Source: Chiloscyllium plagiosum
Taxonomy: Eukaryota
Assembly: GCF_004010195.1 (NCBI RefSeq)
Contig: NC_057753.1
Span: forward strand, 8,910,806 to 8,974,805
Direction of reading: 5' to 3'
Length of the DNA stretch: 64,000 nt
The position numbers and the translations under genes are program-made. A model generated the notes under the pieces. The model saw only the letters and a list, made by a program, of their open reading frames with translations. It had not been told where the DNA came from and made no database searches. Positions 50,248 through 64,000 of this stretch are shown here, piece by piece; within the stretch, counting starts at the first letter, position 1; every line of letters begins with the position of its first letter.

Positions 50248-53200
50248 TTGCTCAATGTCTCCGTAAGCTGCTTTCATTTGCAAAGGTGCTCTGTTCTGTA
50301 TCTTGCCTTTGCATCTGCTTCCCAAATCTTCTTCAGTGGAGGAGTGGCAGTGCCAACAATCCCCCGGAGCTGGAGGAAGGTCCGAGCTTCAAAAAGCGGG
50401 GGGTAAGGTTGGAGGTTGGATTTGCTCAAGGTTTGTATCTATTAACTTATTCAAATGGTACCAACTGTATGGTGCTATGGTTTACATTAAAACTGGAGGA
50501 TCATATCAGAGTGTTTATATTTAGCAGTGGTAGTTCATAAAATGCACTCCCTGGAGGAGCACCCTCTATGATGCAGCATTTCTTGCCTTATGCCCTTCCC
50601 CCATTTCTTATCTCCCATCTTGATTTTATTTTTTTTTTGGTCAAATTAATTTCATATTAATCAGTCTTGGTATTCACTCTGTGCTATTAATTTGTTTGTT
50701 CGAATATTGTAAGTCAAAATTAATGCTGTAATTTCATATCTGATGTCAGAGTTTGACATTGAATATGCAGGTGTGAATACCAGTAAGTTGTGAAAATGCA
50801 TCAAGAACTTGTGGTTTTTTAACAAAAAGGGCAGTTCACTGATATTCATGGCATTGTCTCATTTGGGAGTGATGATTCAAATCTGACCAACATACCGTTT
50901 CACGCAGTCACCCAATTTAATTAAAATTTTCTTTAATTTAGTTCAAGAAAATGGCTCCGGCAGGCTAAGATTTATGCTATCTATTTATAAGATTATGTCC
51001 ATTGCTCTCAATATGGTCTCATCCACATTCAGGAAACTGGACGCAAACTTGCGGAATGTTTCAGGGAACAGCTCTGGGACTGTGAAACTAAACGACCGAC
51101 CGCTCTGTGGCTGAACACTTTACCTCCCCCTCGCATTCCACCAAAGACATGCAAGTCCTGGGACTCCTCCACTGCCAAACTCTTGCTACCCGACGCTTGT
51201 AGGAAAAACACCTCACCTTCTGACTTGGGACCCTCCAACCACATGGTATCAATGTAGATTTCATCAGTTTCCTCATTTCCTCTCCCCCAACTTGTCCCAG
51301 ATCCAAACTTCCAATTCGACACTAACCTCTTCATCTGTCATACCTGTCCACCTTGCTTCTGACCTATTTGGACCAACTTCATCTCTGATCTATCACCATC
51401 AATCCCTACCTCCATTTATCTATTGCACTCAAAGTTACCTTCCCTCCAGCCCCACTTCCTTCCCATTTATCTCTCAGCCCCCTTGGGCCACCCTTTATTC
51501 CTGATGAAGAGCTTATGCTCTAAACCAAGACTGTGATGAAGCAACATCCTCAACAAATAGGAAATAGCTCCCAAGTCAGATTTCATTCCCTCTTCTGTTT
51601 CCCAGTTCTTTCAGAAATAAGAAAATGATCTTCCACTTTGCGCTATCTGATGTATTATGCCACATCACTACTTCAGCCACCTTTTAAGAATCCTTCCAAC
51701 CTGTTTTTCTAACAATTGTGGAGGTGACCAAAAGCAAACATTTCACTCCTCCTCAATGCCCCATTTCTCCTCCTATGAGCCACTTTGTCATGTTGTGTAT
51801 GTTACAAGCAGCCGAGTGCACTTGGTTTCTGAATTGAAATTTGGTCATTGAAATGATCAGGATTAATATTTATCGATGGCTAGCTGTGTTTGCACTAACT
51901 GTAATTGTCCACTAATATGATGTCTTTTGTTCCACCAAAACTGGAAACAATGATCTGTGTTTATATTGCAGTCGGATGTCGAAAATCATCCCAGCGATCT
52001 TCACGTTATTGTAGTTTACTGTGGCCATAACGGCATTGCGTGGCAGTTTGATGTGACTAAAACTTGGATGGAAAGGATGTAGATTGATGAGAAGTCAAAA
52101 TGGCAGAGTCTCTGGCCACAATCGATCTGTCTGGCTTGATTATGTGAGTGGCTGCACTTCAAGAGCAACTTCCACTCCATCACTTCAACCAGCAAGAGGA
52201 GATAAGTGTGAACACAACATTCCAACTGTGACATATACGCATTGCTTCGATGTTATTGATCAAAATCCTGGTACTCGCTCCTGAACCTTTATTATAGACC
52301 GCATCATATTTGTGAAGCAATTTAAGAGGCAGCTCACCACCATTTTTTCAAGGACGGTTTGGGAAGACTTGCTTGCAGAGCCAATGATATGCACATGATG
52401 TTGGAGACAGTCAACTCGTATGGATAGATGATTGGCTAACCAATAATACAGGAGGGATAAGGGGCATGTTCAGGATCGCAACTTGTAACTAGCAATGTGC
52501 CACAGGGATGAGTGCTGGGGCCAAAATTATTTACAATATGGATAGGAATTACTTGGATAAGTAAAGTGAATGTACTCTTGTCAAGACTGCAGTAGAAATA
52601 GTTGATTGGAATACAGGTGGTGAGGATGACATGCAGAGGGATATCGACAGGTTAAGCAAATGAGCAAAACCTTTGCCGATGGAATAGAATGTGGGAAAAT
52701 GAGGTTGTGTACTTTGCCAGGAGGAAAAGTGCTGAATGTTAAATGGAGAAATCTGCTGAATAGGAGGATTTGCAAGCTCACATCCATGAACACTTCATCC
52801 AAGTTCAGTGAGTAATAGGGAAGGCAAATGGGAGGTTGGCCTTTAAATGGAGTATAAAAGTAGGGAGGTTATAGTGAACCTATATCAGACACCAATCAGG
52901 CCACAACTGAACACTGGGAACAGTTTTGGGCCTTTTAGCAAAGGAAAGATATACTGGCGTTGGATGCAGTCCAGAGAAGGTTGACCAGGATGATATCAGG
53001 GATGGAAATAATGTCTTATGAGGAGAAATGAATAGGATGTGCCTGTGGTTAATAGAAGTTCGAAGATTTCAAGGTAACTTTATTGTCACAAATAAGATTC
53101 TGAGGAGACGTGACAGGCTAGAAGTGGGAAAGTTTCCACTTGTGGGTGAGTTTAGAACCAGAGGGAATAACCTGCAAATAAGGGATTGCATGTTTAGGAC

Positions 53201-54900
53201 AGCTGTTGAGCCTGGATTGATAAGTGCATTCAAAACTAAGATTTTTTTTTAAATCAGAAAGGGAATTGAGGATTATGGGGAAACAGCGGAAAAGTGAAGT
53301 TGATGTTTTCCATAACAATAGTGGGAGACAAAGTGCGACATCCCATGAATGAATAAAAGAAAGTATTCAGGAAAAAAATTGTCATTGAAGGGAAGATTGG
53401 GATCTAGTGATAATGGTTGACCAACCCAGAGATCTAGGTCTTCTGAGAACACAAATTGAAATCCCATTATGGCTGCTGGTAGAATTTATGTTCAACTCAT
53501 AAAAAGACCTGGAAGTGAAAGTTTCTCTCGGTCCTAGAAACCAGGAAACAGTTATTCACTAAAATAATTAATTGCAGATATTGGGGATCAGCAACAAAAG
53601 GCACAATTTCTGGGGAAACGCAGCAGGTCTGGCAGCATCTGTGGAGAGAAAACAGTTAATGTTTTGAAACCAGCCACGTTTTGAAAGACCACTGCACTCA
53701 AAAACGTAACACTGTTGTCTCTTCATAGATGCTACCAGAACTGTTGAGTTTCTCCAGAAACTGTCCTTTTCAGTGCACGAAATCTACCATTCATGAACCC
53801 TGCATGCATGTATGCACGTGCGTGCGCGCGCGCACACACACACCTTGTGACTCCAGACCGACTATAATGTGGTTGACTCTCAACTGCCTTCTAGCATGTA
53901 GTCACAATTACTGTGTTCAGGGCCATGAGGGACAATGAGCAAATGTTGGATGTGCTCGCAATCATCACATTCCACAAAATATTTTCTCATAACTGAAAAA
54001 CAAAACATAGATTAATGAAGGACAGCCAAAACAAAGTGCTATGGGAAAGTCGTGCCCAAATAACCTGATTTGCTTATAGTTATATTTTTAAAAATCCTCT
54101 TCAGAGAAGACATTGATTACACCACTGTTGGAATACTGCATGCAATTCTGGGCTCTCTGCTACAGGAAGGAGGTTGCGAAACTTGAAAGGGTTCTGAAAA
54201 CATTTACAAGGATGCTGCCATGGTTGGAGGGTTTGAGTTAAAGGAAGAGGCTGAATCGACTGAGTTCATTTTCCCGGAAGTTTTGAAGGGTGAGGGGTGA
54301 CTTTATAGATGTTTATAAATTCATGAGGGCATAGATAGGGTAAATAGGAAAGGTCTTTTACCTGGGGTGGGAGAGTCCAAAACTAGATTGCATAAGTTTA
54401 AAGTTATTGGCAAATGGAGTTTAATATAGCTAAGTGTGAGGTCTTACATTTTGTATCGTCAAATCAACGTAGGATTTACATGTGAATGGTAGGACCTTGA
54501 GTGTAGTTGAACAGAGGGATTTTGAAGTTCAGGTTTTGGCACACAGGACTTCATCAGTGATGGCATTCAGTTTAATAAACCAAATTAAAGGAGAGATATG
54601 CACCAAATATTAACGTCTACCAACAAGCACTTGCATGTCCCCGGCAGAGTGGGAGTGGGGGTTGAAATGTTGGGCCATAGGGCGATGGGGTTGATTGTTG
54701 CGGTTGTCCTGGAGATGTCCCCTCAAGCGCTGTGACTTGATTCTGCGGGGAGTTTCCAGTCTCCCCAATGTAGAGGAGACCCCATCGGGAGAAATGGATA
54801 CAAGAAATGATATTGGTGGAAGCCTTCGAACTCCCGTGGCCCGGTTTCGATTTCCGGGCAGGGAAGCAATTTTCAGTTGAGCTGTCCAGCTGTCCCTGTC

Positions 54901-54972
54901 TCCCTGGTTGTCTAGTGGTTAGGATTCGGCGCTTTCAGCGCTGCGGCCCGGGTTCGATTCCCCGTCAGGGAA
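54901..54972 (+). tRNA. tRNA-Glu(TTC), possibly functional or a young pseudogene
   Basis: Full cloverleaf with anticodon TTC, one T-stem mismatch and T at position 9. Followed by gcaaTTTT terminator. Confidence 0.7.
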
Positions 54973-55976
54973 GCAATTTTCCATGCGTATTTTGGCTCCC
55001 CATTCTTCTCAAATGCGCTGTCCAGTTACTTATTGGTCTTCGTAGTCACTGGCTGCTGCAGTGTCCTCATTCAGATTTGTTTGTATTTGCAGGGATGATT
55101 ACTTCTGTAGGCAAGTACTTGTTTCGTGTGTGTTGTTTTCCTGTAGAGGCTGTTTTGAATTTACCATTGACTGTTCGCTCTACTGTGACATCGAGAAATG
55201 GAACTTTGGTGTTGTTCTCCTCTTTTGTGAATTTTATGCCAGTAAGGATATTGTTGATGGTGTTGTAGGTTTCCTCTAATTTGTTTCATTTTTTGATGAC
55301 AGAAGTGTTTCATGGGTATTTCGTTGACTTGATTGCAGGGCTTGTTACTGAATATGAAGTGGGTGGTAAGGCACAGTTCCACGAGCTGGACACTGTTATC
55401 TTTGCTGATGAAGCTGGTGCTGTGTTTGTGTCTTTGGTTCTTCGAGTAGTGTCTTCAGTTTTCTTTGGCCACGATGATGTTAATGGATGTGAACAAGGCT
55501 GTTATATCAAAGGACAACATTATTCCATCCTCTTCTATCTTGGTGTCTTTGGTGTTCAGGAATTCTTGGATGCAGTAAATGGAGTGGAGTGAATATTCGA
55601 CTTGGTGTTTTAGTCTTCAGTGGAGGCCTTTGACTAGTCTGTATATTGGTGTTCCAAGTAGTGAGACTATGGCCTGAGGGGGGCTCCTGGTTTGAAGAGG
55701 AGGNNNNNNNNNNNNGAGAACGGGTCCCCAATAAACCCAGTCCGCCGATTTCTCAGTGATGCTTGCAACCTGACTCTCAAAAATTCGGATTGTCCCTCCA
55801 TTCTTTCCTGTTTGTGTTTTGTGGGTTTTGAAAGCTTTCACAATACTCTAACTGAGTATTGGAGTTGTGAAGTTATGTTGTGGCTGTACAGGACATTGGT
55901 TAGACCATTTTTGGAATATTGTGTGCATTTCTGGTCTCCCGCCTATCAGAAGGATATTGTGAAATTTGAAAGGGTT

Positions 55977-56640
55977 CTGAAGCTCCAATGGGTCCACAGA
56001 GGGGAAGAGGCCCTTCTGCTCCCCTGAGTATGGGAAGGCCTTCAGTGATCCCTCTGCCCTGCTGACGCACCAGTTGGTCCACATCGGGGAAGGCTGTTCT
56101 CCGGCCCCAAGTGCGAGATGCCTTCAGAAGTTCTTCCCACCTGCTGAGACACCGATGGGTCCACACTGAGGAGAGGCCATTCTTCTGCTCCGAGTGCAGG
56201 AAGGGCTTTGCTCTTCCCTCCGACCTACTGACCCATGGGTCGGATGTCGTTCAGTTACCCTATGTGCAGGAAGGCCTTCAGCAATTCCTCGGCCCTGCTG
56301 AGGCACCAGTCCATCCACACCGGGGAGAAGCCGTTCTCCTACCCCGAATGTGGGAAGGTCTTTACCCGCTCCTCCACACTGCTGAAGCACCAGCTGGTCC
56401 ACACGGGGGAGTGGGGGTTGGGGAGGCCATTCTGCTGCCCTACGTGCGGAAGGCCTTCAGCAATTCCTCCTCCCTGCTGAAGCATCAATGTGCCCACACC
56501 GGGGAGATGCCCTTGAGTTTGCCCGAGTGTGGGAAGAGGTTCAAGTTTTCCTACAACTTGCGGAAGCACCAGCGTGGGCACCAGCGCTCCCAGCAATCAG
56601 ATCCTACCAGTGACGCGGCCTTCGGTCACCCCCCAGGACT
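55977..56640 (+). pseudogene. C2H2 zinc-finger pseudogene (paralog, most fingers retained)
   Basis: ORFs 56111-56683 and 56235-56480 contain [14 protein letters not shown] and related motifs; frameshifted. Confidence 0.9.
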
Positions 56641-57337
56641 GAACCTCCTGCCAGTTCTGACAGTGGGTGCAGTGGGAGAGTAGGTGGGCTGTTTTTGTTT
56701 TCTGCTGGACTGCAATAGCCTCCCCCACCCCCCATAACCACAACTCATGGTGGCTCAGGTTTAGCATTGTTGCCTCATGGCACTAGGAACCCAGGAATAA
56801 TTCCACCCTTGGGGGTCGATGTGCAATTTATGGAGGGTCGGAAAGTGGATCTGAGTCGGTTACGCTTCGGAGATCAGTGCAGATGTGTTGGGCTGAAGGA
56901 CCTGTTTCCACATTGTAGGAGTTCAACCATCCTTTGAGCTTTGCTTTCAGTGGACACTGCTGCTCATTGAGCGCGGGACTGCACATTGCCAATGAAATGA
57001 TCCAAAGAAACCTAAGACCGCAAGACCATCGGAGCAGAAGTTAGTCCATTCGGCCCGTCGAGTCTACTCTGCCATTCGTTAGTGACAAAAGTAGTACAGA
57101 TAAGATTAGCTACAGTGTGGAAACAGGCCATTTGTCCCAACAAGTCCACACCGACCGTCCGAAGAGTAACCCATCCAGACCCATTTCCTTCTGACTAATG
57201 TACCTAAGTCTATGGGCGATTAAGCATGGCCAATCCACATAACCTGCACATCTTTGGTTTATGGAAGAAAACAGGACCACCCAGAGAAAACCCACGCAGA
57301 CACTGGGAGAATGTGAAAACTCCTCACAGACAGCCAC

Positions 57338-57630
57338 TCAAAGTTGGAATCAAACCTGGGTCCCCGCACTGTGAGGCTACATGGTAAAAACTGACCAACT
57401 AAATATTGCAACCCGTAGTAGGCAAGCAGGAGGTTGGGAGAATACAGCAAACCAGGCAGCACCAGAATGTGGAGTAGTCAGCGTCAAAGTTGGAATCAAA
57501 CCTGGGTCCCCGCACTGTGAGGCTACAGTGGTAAAAACTGACCAACTAAATATTGCAAGCCGTAGTAGGAAAGCAGGAGGTTGGGAGAATACAGCAAACC
57601 AGGCAGCACCAGAATGTGGAGTAGTCAGCG
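57338..57630 (+). repeat. Tandem duplication, 146 bp x2
   Basis: tcaaagttggaatcaaacctgggtcccc...gtagtcagcg occurs at 57338 and 57484. Single copy in the paralogs at ~49220 and ~9680. Confidence 0.9.
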
Positions 57631-58466
57631 TTTTGGGTATTAACCCTTCTTCAGGACTGAAACGTTGACTTCTCTATGAGAAGCGATTTACGGGAATGTT
57701 ACTGGGCGTTGGGAGGATTTGAGCTACAGGGAGAGGCTGAATAGGCTGGGGCTGTTTTCACTGGAGCATCGGAGCAGAGGAGTGACCTAATAGAGATTAC
57801 ACAATCACGAGGGGCATGGACAGTGTAATAGACAAGATGTTTCACTGGGATGGGGGAGTCTAGAACTAGACGGCATAGGTGTAGGGTAAGAGGCGAAATA
57901 TATTAACGGGACAACTTCTTCATGCAGAGGGTGGTATATATATGAAATCAGCTGCCAGAATGTATGGGCCAGGTGCTGTCAAGTGGGAGTAGATTAATTT
58001 AGGATATCAGGTCAGCATGGACACGTTGGACCGAAGGGTCTGTTTCCATGCTGTACGTGTCTCTGACTATTGGTCCTGATGTAAGTTTAAAATAGAGTAC
58101 AAGTAACTTTGAATAGTTCAATCTTGTTGCGCTCACCTCCTGAAAAGTTTCAAATGAATCCCTCCAAGCGATCCTGTTTAAAAATGCTGAGTTGCACAAA
58201 GTATCCCATCAAGTTCAACACAAAGCCAGAGTTGAAGAAGTCAGAAGTCAGAACATCAACGGGAACAAACCTCATCACAATATTCCAGGTGCAGCCTCAT
58301 CAACGTCCTGTATAACTACAACATAACTTGCCAACATCTATACTCAATTCCCTAATTGATGAAGGCCAGTGTGCTGAAACCTTTCTTCACTGCCTTGTGC
58401 ACCGATGTAATCAGAATATAGGACCTACTTTAAACTGATGCACAATCCAGCTACTGGGTGCCCAGG

Positions 58467-58538
58467 AGCAGAGTAGTGCTGCGTGAGTGTGCTGGACACG
58501 TAACCCAGAGGTCGATGGGTCAAAATCGTGTGATGCTA
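58467..58538 (+). pseudogene. tRNA-iMet pseudogene (anticodon mutated to CGT)
   Basis: Third paralog, same body. Confidence 0.8.
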
Positions 58539-58905
58539 TTGCTCAATGTCTCTGTAAGCTGCTTTCATTTGCAAAGGTGCTCTGTTCTGTACCTTGCCTT
58601 TGCATCTGCTTCCCAAAGCTTCTTCAGTGGAGGAGTGGTAGTGGCATCAATCCCCCGGAGCTGGAGGAAGGTCCGAGCTCCAAGAAGCGGAGAGTAAGGC
58701 TGGAGGCTGGATTTCCAGCATCTGTGGAGAGAAACCAGTTAATGTTTTGAATCCAGCCAAGTTTTGAAAGACCACTGGACTCAAAGCAGTAACACTGTTG
58801 TCTCTTCATAGATGCTACCAGAACTGTTGGTTTCTCCTGAAACTATTCTTTTTAGGGCAGGAAATCTACCATTCATGAACCCTGCATGCATTTATGCACG
58901 TGTGC

Positions 58906-58938
<33 letters not shown>

Positions 58939-61479
58939 GAAAGGCACACGCGCACAGACTGAGAGGCGTGCGCACACAGAGACANNNNNNNNNNNNNNNN
59001 NNNNNNNNNNNNNNNNNNNNNNNNNNNNNNNNNNNNNNNNNNNNNNNNNNNNNNNNNNNNNNNNNNNNNNNNNNNNNNNNNNNNNNNNNNNNNNNNNNNN
59101 NNNNNNNNNNNNNNNNNNNNNNNNNNNNNNNNNNNNNNNNNNNNNNNNNNNNNNNNNNNNNNNNNNNNNNNNNNNNNNNNNNNNNNNNNNNNNNNNNNNN
59201 NNNNNNNNNNNNNNTCAACTGCCTTCTAGCATGTAGTCACAATTACTCTGTCCAAGGGCCATGAGGGACAATGAGCAAATGTTGGATGTGCTCGCAATCA
59301 TCACATCCCACAAAATATTTTCTCATAACTGAAAAAAAACCATAGATTAATAAAGGACAGCCAAAACAAAGTGCTATGGGAAAGTCATGCCCAACTAAGT
59401 GATTTGCTTATAGGTGTATTTTTTAAAATCCTCTTCAGGGAAGACATTGATTACACCACTGTTGGAATACTGCATGCAATTCTGGGCTCTCTGCTGTAGG
59501 AAGGAAGTTACAAAACTTGAAAGGGTTCAGAAAACATTTACAAGGATGCTGCCATGGTTGGAGGGTTTGAGCTAAAGGAAGAGGCTGAATCGACTGGGTT
59601 CATTTTCCCGGAAGTTTTGTAGGGTGAGGGGTGACTTTATAGATGTTTATAAATTCATGAGGGCATGGATAGGGTAAATAGGAAAGGTCTTTTACCTGGG
59701 GTGGGAGAGTCCAAAACTAGATTGCATAAGTTTAAAGTTATTGGCAAATGGAGTTTAATATAGCTATGTGTGAGGTCTTACATTTTGTATCGTCAAATCA
59801 ACGTAGGATTTACATGTGAATGTTAGGACCTTGAGTGTAGTTGAACAGAGGGATTTTGACGTTCAGGTTTTTGTACACAGGACTTCATCAGAGATGGCAT
59901 TCAGTTTAATAAACCAAATTAAAGGAGAGATATGCACGAAATATGAACGTCTACCAACAAGCACCAAATCTGTTTCATATTCCGTATTTTGAACCAAGAG
60001 ATCTCGGGTTTCGGGTTATTAGCTCCTAGAAAATGGAGTCGTGGGTAGACAGGGTGGTGAAGAAGGCTTTTGGCATGCTTGCTTTCATTGGTCAGAGCAT
60101 TGAGCACAGGTATTGGGGCGTCTTGTTGCAGCTGTCACACGCCACACAACAACGATAGGCGTGACGCTGCCCCCCTCTGACTGGCTGTCCCTTTGAATAT
60201 CTGGGGGAAGATTAGACCCACCTGCCTGTGTTTGGCTCATATGTACTTATCCAAATAATTTTAAACATTGTAACATTTCCTGCATCACCACTTCCTCTGA
60301 CAGTTCATTCCACAGATGAACCACCTTCAATGCAAAAAACGTTGTCCCCACCCGCACCCCGTCCTTTTTAAATCTTCTCCCTCTCATCTTAAAAATATAC
60401 TCCCAAATTTTGATCTCCCCTATCCTTCGGGAAAAGACAAAGGTTATTCACCTTATCTTTGTCCCTCGTGACTTCATAAACCTCCATAACCTCCACCCTC
60501 AACCTTCTACACTCCAGTGAAAAAAAGTCCCAGCCAATGCCGTCTATAAATCATTCTGGCAACATCATAGTTAAAAAAGGTGAGCTTTAAGAATTGACTG
60601 AAAGGGCAGTGAAGATTCAACTAGCTGACAGTGGATCTGAAATCACATGTAGATCAGGCCAGGCTCGGACAGCAGGAAACCAGAAACGTTTTTACAACAA
60701 ACCACAACCGTTTCATCATTAGACTCTTAATTCCAGATTTATATTGAATTCAGATTCCACCATCTGCCGTGGCAGGTTTTGAACCCAGGACCCCAGAACA
60801 TTACCTGGGTGAATAGTCTGGTGACAATAAAGTCGACCATCACCTCCCCAGAACACATTGGCATATTGTGTTTAGAGGTAACAGAGGAGCAAGAGGTTTC
60901 AGCCGCTGCTAAGTTGTTGATGTGACACAAGGGAACATCAGCACTCTCAGTAATGGCACATCCTGAAGCCTGGACCCTGTTTCAGAGGTAAGCGCTCGGG
61001 AACCATAAGAAATAGAAATTGGAAAATGCCATTCAGCCCCTTTAGCCTGCTTCTCCATTCAGTAGGATTGTGGCTGACCTGACATTTCCCACATGCACTT
61101 TCCTGCCCTTTTCCTGTAAGTGTTCATCCCCCGACTGATCACGAATCTATCGATCGTAGTTTTAAATGTGACATGAAGGCTGTCAATAGAGTTACTTGGA
61201 TGGGGGAGAATGGGGAGGGGGGGGCGGGGGGGGGGGCTCAGGTCGAACTTGGGGACTAAAACAATGGCTTCACACTTCACAATATCTAACTAAGGGAATG
61301 TTTATAGATGATAGTTAAAATTTCCTGAAGAAGGGCTTATGCCGGAAACGTCGGTTCTCCTGCTCCTTGGATGCTGCCTGATTTGCTGCGCCTTTCCAGC
61401 AACACATTTTCAGCTCTGATCTCCAGCATCTGCAGTCCTCACCTTCTCCGAGAGAGTCCCATGGAGTCTCACAGAGTGA

Positions 61480-63620
61480 CACAGATGTACAACACGGAAA
61501 CAGACTCTTCGGTCCAACTCGTCCATGCAGCCTCGATATCCTAACCTAATCTAGTCCCACTTGCCAGCACTTGGCCCAAATCCCCATAAAGCCTTCCTAT
61601 TCATTTACACATCCCGATGCATTTTAAATGCTGCAATTATACACCCTCCATCACTTACTCCAGTAGCTCATGTCGTACATGCATCACCCTCTGCGTGAAA
61701 TGTTTGCCCCTTAAGTTCATTCTATATCTTTCCCCTCCCCTCCCTAAAACTATGCCCTCTAGTTCTGGGCTCCTCCATCCCAGGGAAAAGAACTTGTCAA
61801 TTTGCCCTCTCCAAATCCCTCATGATTTTATAAACCTCTATAAGGTCACCCCTTAGCCTCCGATGCTCCAGAGAAAACAGTCTATTCAGCCTCGCCCCAC
61901 AGCTCAACCCTCCAACCCTGGCAAAATCCTTGTAAATCTTATCTGCACCTTTTCTAGTTTCCCAACATTTTTCCGATAGGAAACAGACCATAATTACATG
62001 CAATATTCCGAACGTGGCCTGACCAATGTTCTGTACAATGGCAACATGAGCTCCCAACATCTATCCTCAATGCTCTGACCAACAAAGGAAAGCACACCAA
62101 ACGCCTTCTTTACTATCCAATCTGCCTGCGTCTCTACTTTTAAGGAACTATCAACCTGAACTCCAAGGTCTCTTTGCTCAGCAACACTTCCAATGAACTT
62201 ACCATTAAGTATAAAAGTCCTGCTCTGATTTGTTTTTTCCTAAATGCAGCACCTCATATTTATCTACATTAACATCCATCCGCCACTTCTCAGCCCATTG
62301 GCCCATCTGCTCAAGGTCCCGTTGTAATCTGAGGTAACCTTCTTTGCTGTCCACTACACCTCCAATTTTGGTGTCATCTACAAACGTACTAACGATACCT
62401 CCTCCGTTTACATACAAATCATTTATATAAATGACAAAAAGTAGCGGACCCGGCATTGATCCTTGTGATACACCATTGGTCACAGGCCTTCAGTCTGAAA
62501 AGTAACCCTCCATCACCACCCTCTGTCTTCTGCCTTCTAGCCAGTTCTGCATCCAAATGGCTAGTTGTCCCTGCATGCCATGAGATTAAACCTTGCTCAC
62601 CAGTCTCCCATGAGGAACCTTGATTAACGCCTTCCTGAATTCCATATAGATCACGTCCATCGCTCTGCCCTCATCAATCCACTTTGTACTTCTTCAAAAA
62701 ACTCAATCAAATTCGTGAGACATGGTTCCCCAAGCATAAAGCCATGCTGATTATCCCTAATCAATTCTTGCCTTTCCAAATACATGTAAATCCTATCTCT
62801 CAGGATTCTCTCCAAAACCTTGCCCATCACAGATGTCACGTTCACCGGTCTATGGTTCCCTAGCTTTTCCTTGCCACCTTTCTTAAATAGTGGCACAACG
62901 TTAGCCACCCTCTAGCCTTCCGGCATGTCACCTGTGACTATTGATTATAGAAATATCTCAGTGAAAGGCCCAGCAATCACTTCCCCAGTTTCCCACAGAG
63001 TTCTAGGGTACTCCTGATCAGGTCCTTGGGATTTATCCACTTTTATGCATTTCAAAATATCCAGCAATTTCTCATCTGTAATATGGGCATTTTTTCAACA
63101 TGTCACCATCTACTTTCTCACATTCTATATCTTCCATGCCCTTCTCCACAGTAAACACTGATGCACNNNNNNNNNNNNNNNNNTGCAGCTCCACACAAAG
63201 GCCGCCTTGCTGATCTTTGAGGGGCCCTATTCTCTCTCTTGTTATCCTATTGACCTTAATGTATTTATAAAAACCCTTTGGGTTATCCTTAACTCTATTT
63301 GCCAAAGCTATCTCATGTCCCCTTTTTGTGCTCATGATTTCCCTCTTAAGTATGCTCGTACTGCCTTTATAATCTAAGGATTCACTCGATCTCTCTTTCG
63401 ATACCTGACATATGCATCCTTCTTTATGTTAACCAAAATCTCAACTTCTCTAGTCATCCTGCATTCCCTACACTTACCAGCCTTTCCTTTCACCCTGACT
63501 GGAATATACTGTGTTTGGACTCTTGTTGTCTCATATTTGAAGGCTTTCCATTTTCCAGCAGTCCTTTAACCTGCGAACATTTGCCCCAAATCAGCTTTTG
63601 AAAGATCTTGCCTAATACCT
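61480..63620 (-). mobile_element. 5'-truncated CR1-clade LINE ORF2, degraded
   Basis: ANVVPLFKKG, NQHGF, GVSQGSMPGPLLFVIYINDL, FVDDTKIGG and LFSLEHRRLRGDLIEVYKI occur in successive broken frames, followed by a 3' UTR. Confidence 0.95.
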
Positions 63621-64000
63621 GAGTCTTCCTCAATTTTAGAACTTCACCTTTAAATCTGACATATTATTTTCAATCATGTTAATAGAATTATGGTTGCTGG
63701 CCCTTAGGTTTTGCACCTCGCCAGTATGTACATCTACATTGTGAATTAGAAAATTACCTTGTACACAGGCCTTCAGTCTGAAAAGTAACCCTCCATCACC
63801 AGCCTCTGTCTTCTGCCTTCTAGCCTGTTCTGCATCCAAATGCAAATTCCTCTATTTGGCGGATAAGTAAATGGGCAGGAGTACACCTTGGGTCCACTCT
63901 TCCTTCATTCCCATCAACCCTAACCCCATTCCCACCCCAATAGTCCAACGGCACTTTCGCCTGCAACTGCCGAATGTGTGACAGCAGCCCATTTACCTGC

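Larger units (their letters stand above)
54631..59966 (+). repeat. Direct second copy of 46250-54630 with ~3.2 kb internal deletion at ~58713
   Basis: At 54630 the sequence jumps from aagcac back to ttgcatgtcc (=46250). tRNA-Glu, Penelope RT, ZNF and iMet are all repeated. At 58713 ggctggattt joins ccagcatctgtgg (=53632). Confidence 0.9.

Noticed and set aside
55704..55715. Apparent ~240-bp deletion relative to 47423-47665
   Set aside because: Coincides with an N gap, so it cannot be distinguished from missing sequence.

Overview
Eukaryotic, repeat-rich DNA, very likely from a cartilaginous fish (HE1/V-SINE, CR1 and Penelope-like families of the kind typical of sharks). It has five N gaps (24796-25295, 35089-35184, 55704-55715, 58985-59214, 63167-63183). 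No intact protein-coding gene is supported. The window is a segmentally duplicated cluster of tRNA genes and C2H2 zinc-finger pseudogenes. An ~18 kb arm (~3100-21043) recurs in inverted orientation (~35534-61305), and the right arm contains an extra internal tandem copy. The spacer between the arms holds a 7-finger ZNF pseudogene and a ~3.38 kb tandem array carrying tRNA-Ser and tRNA-Asn copies. About 20 tRNA-derived loci (iMet, Glu, Ser, Asn) are present, and most are degenerate; tRNA-Glu at 46506 and 54901 are closest to intact. The most interesting signals are: (1) an 877-bp tRNA-Glu-carrying cassette with a TA duplication and 8-bp inverted termini inside a Penelope RT; (2) hypervariable flanks around the tRNA-Glu copies; (3) minimal hammerhead ribozyme motifs in Penelope-derived ends; (4) a ~50-bp inverted CCAAT/TTTGAA motif bracketing each Ser+Asn pair. 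All alignments were done by eye, so boundaries are approximate unless stated. The relative orientation of the two arms depends on scaffolding across gaps.
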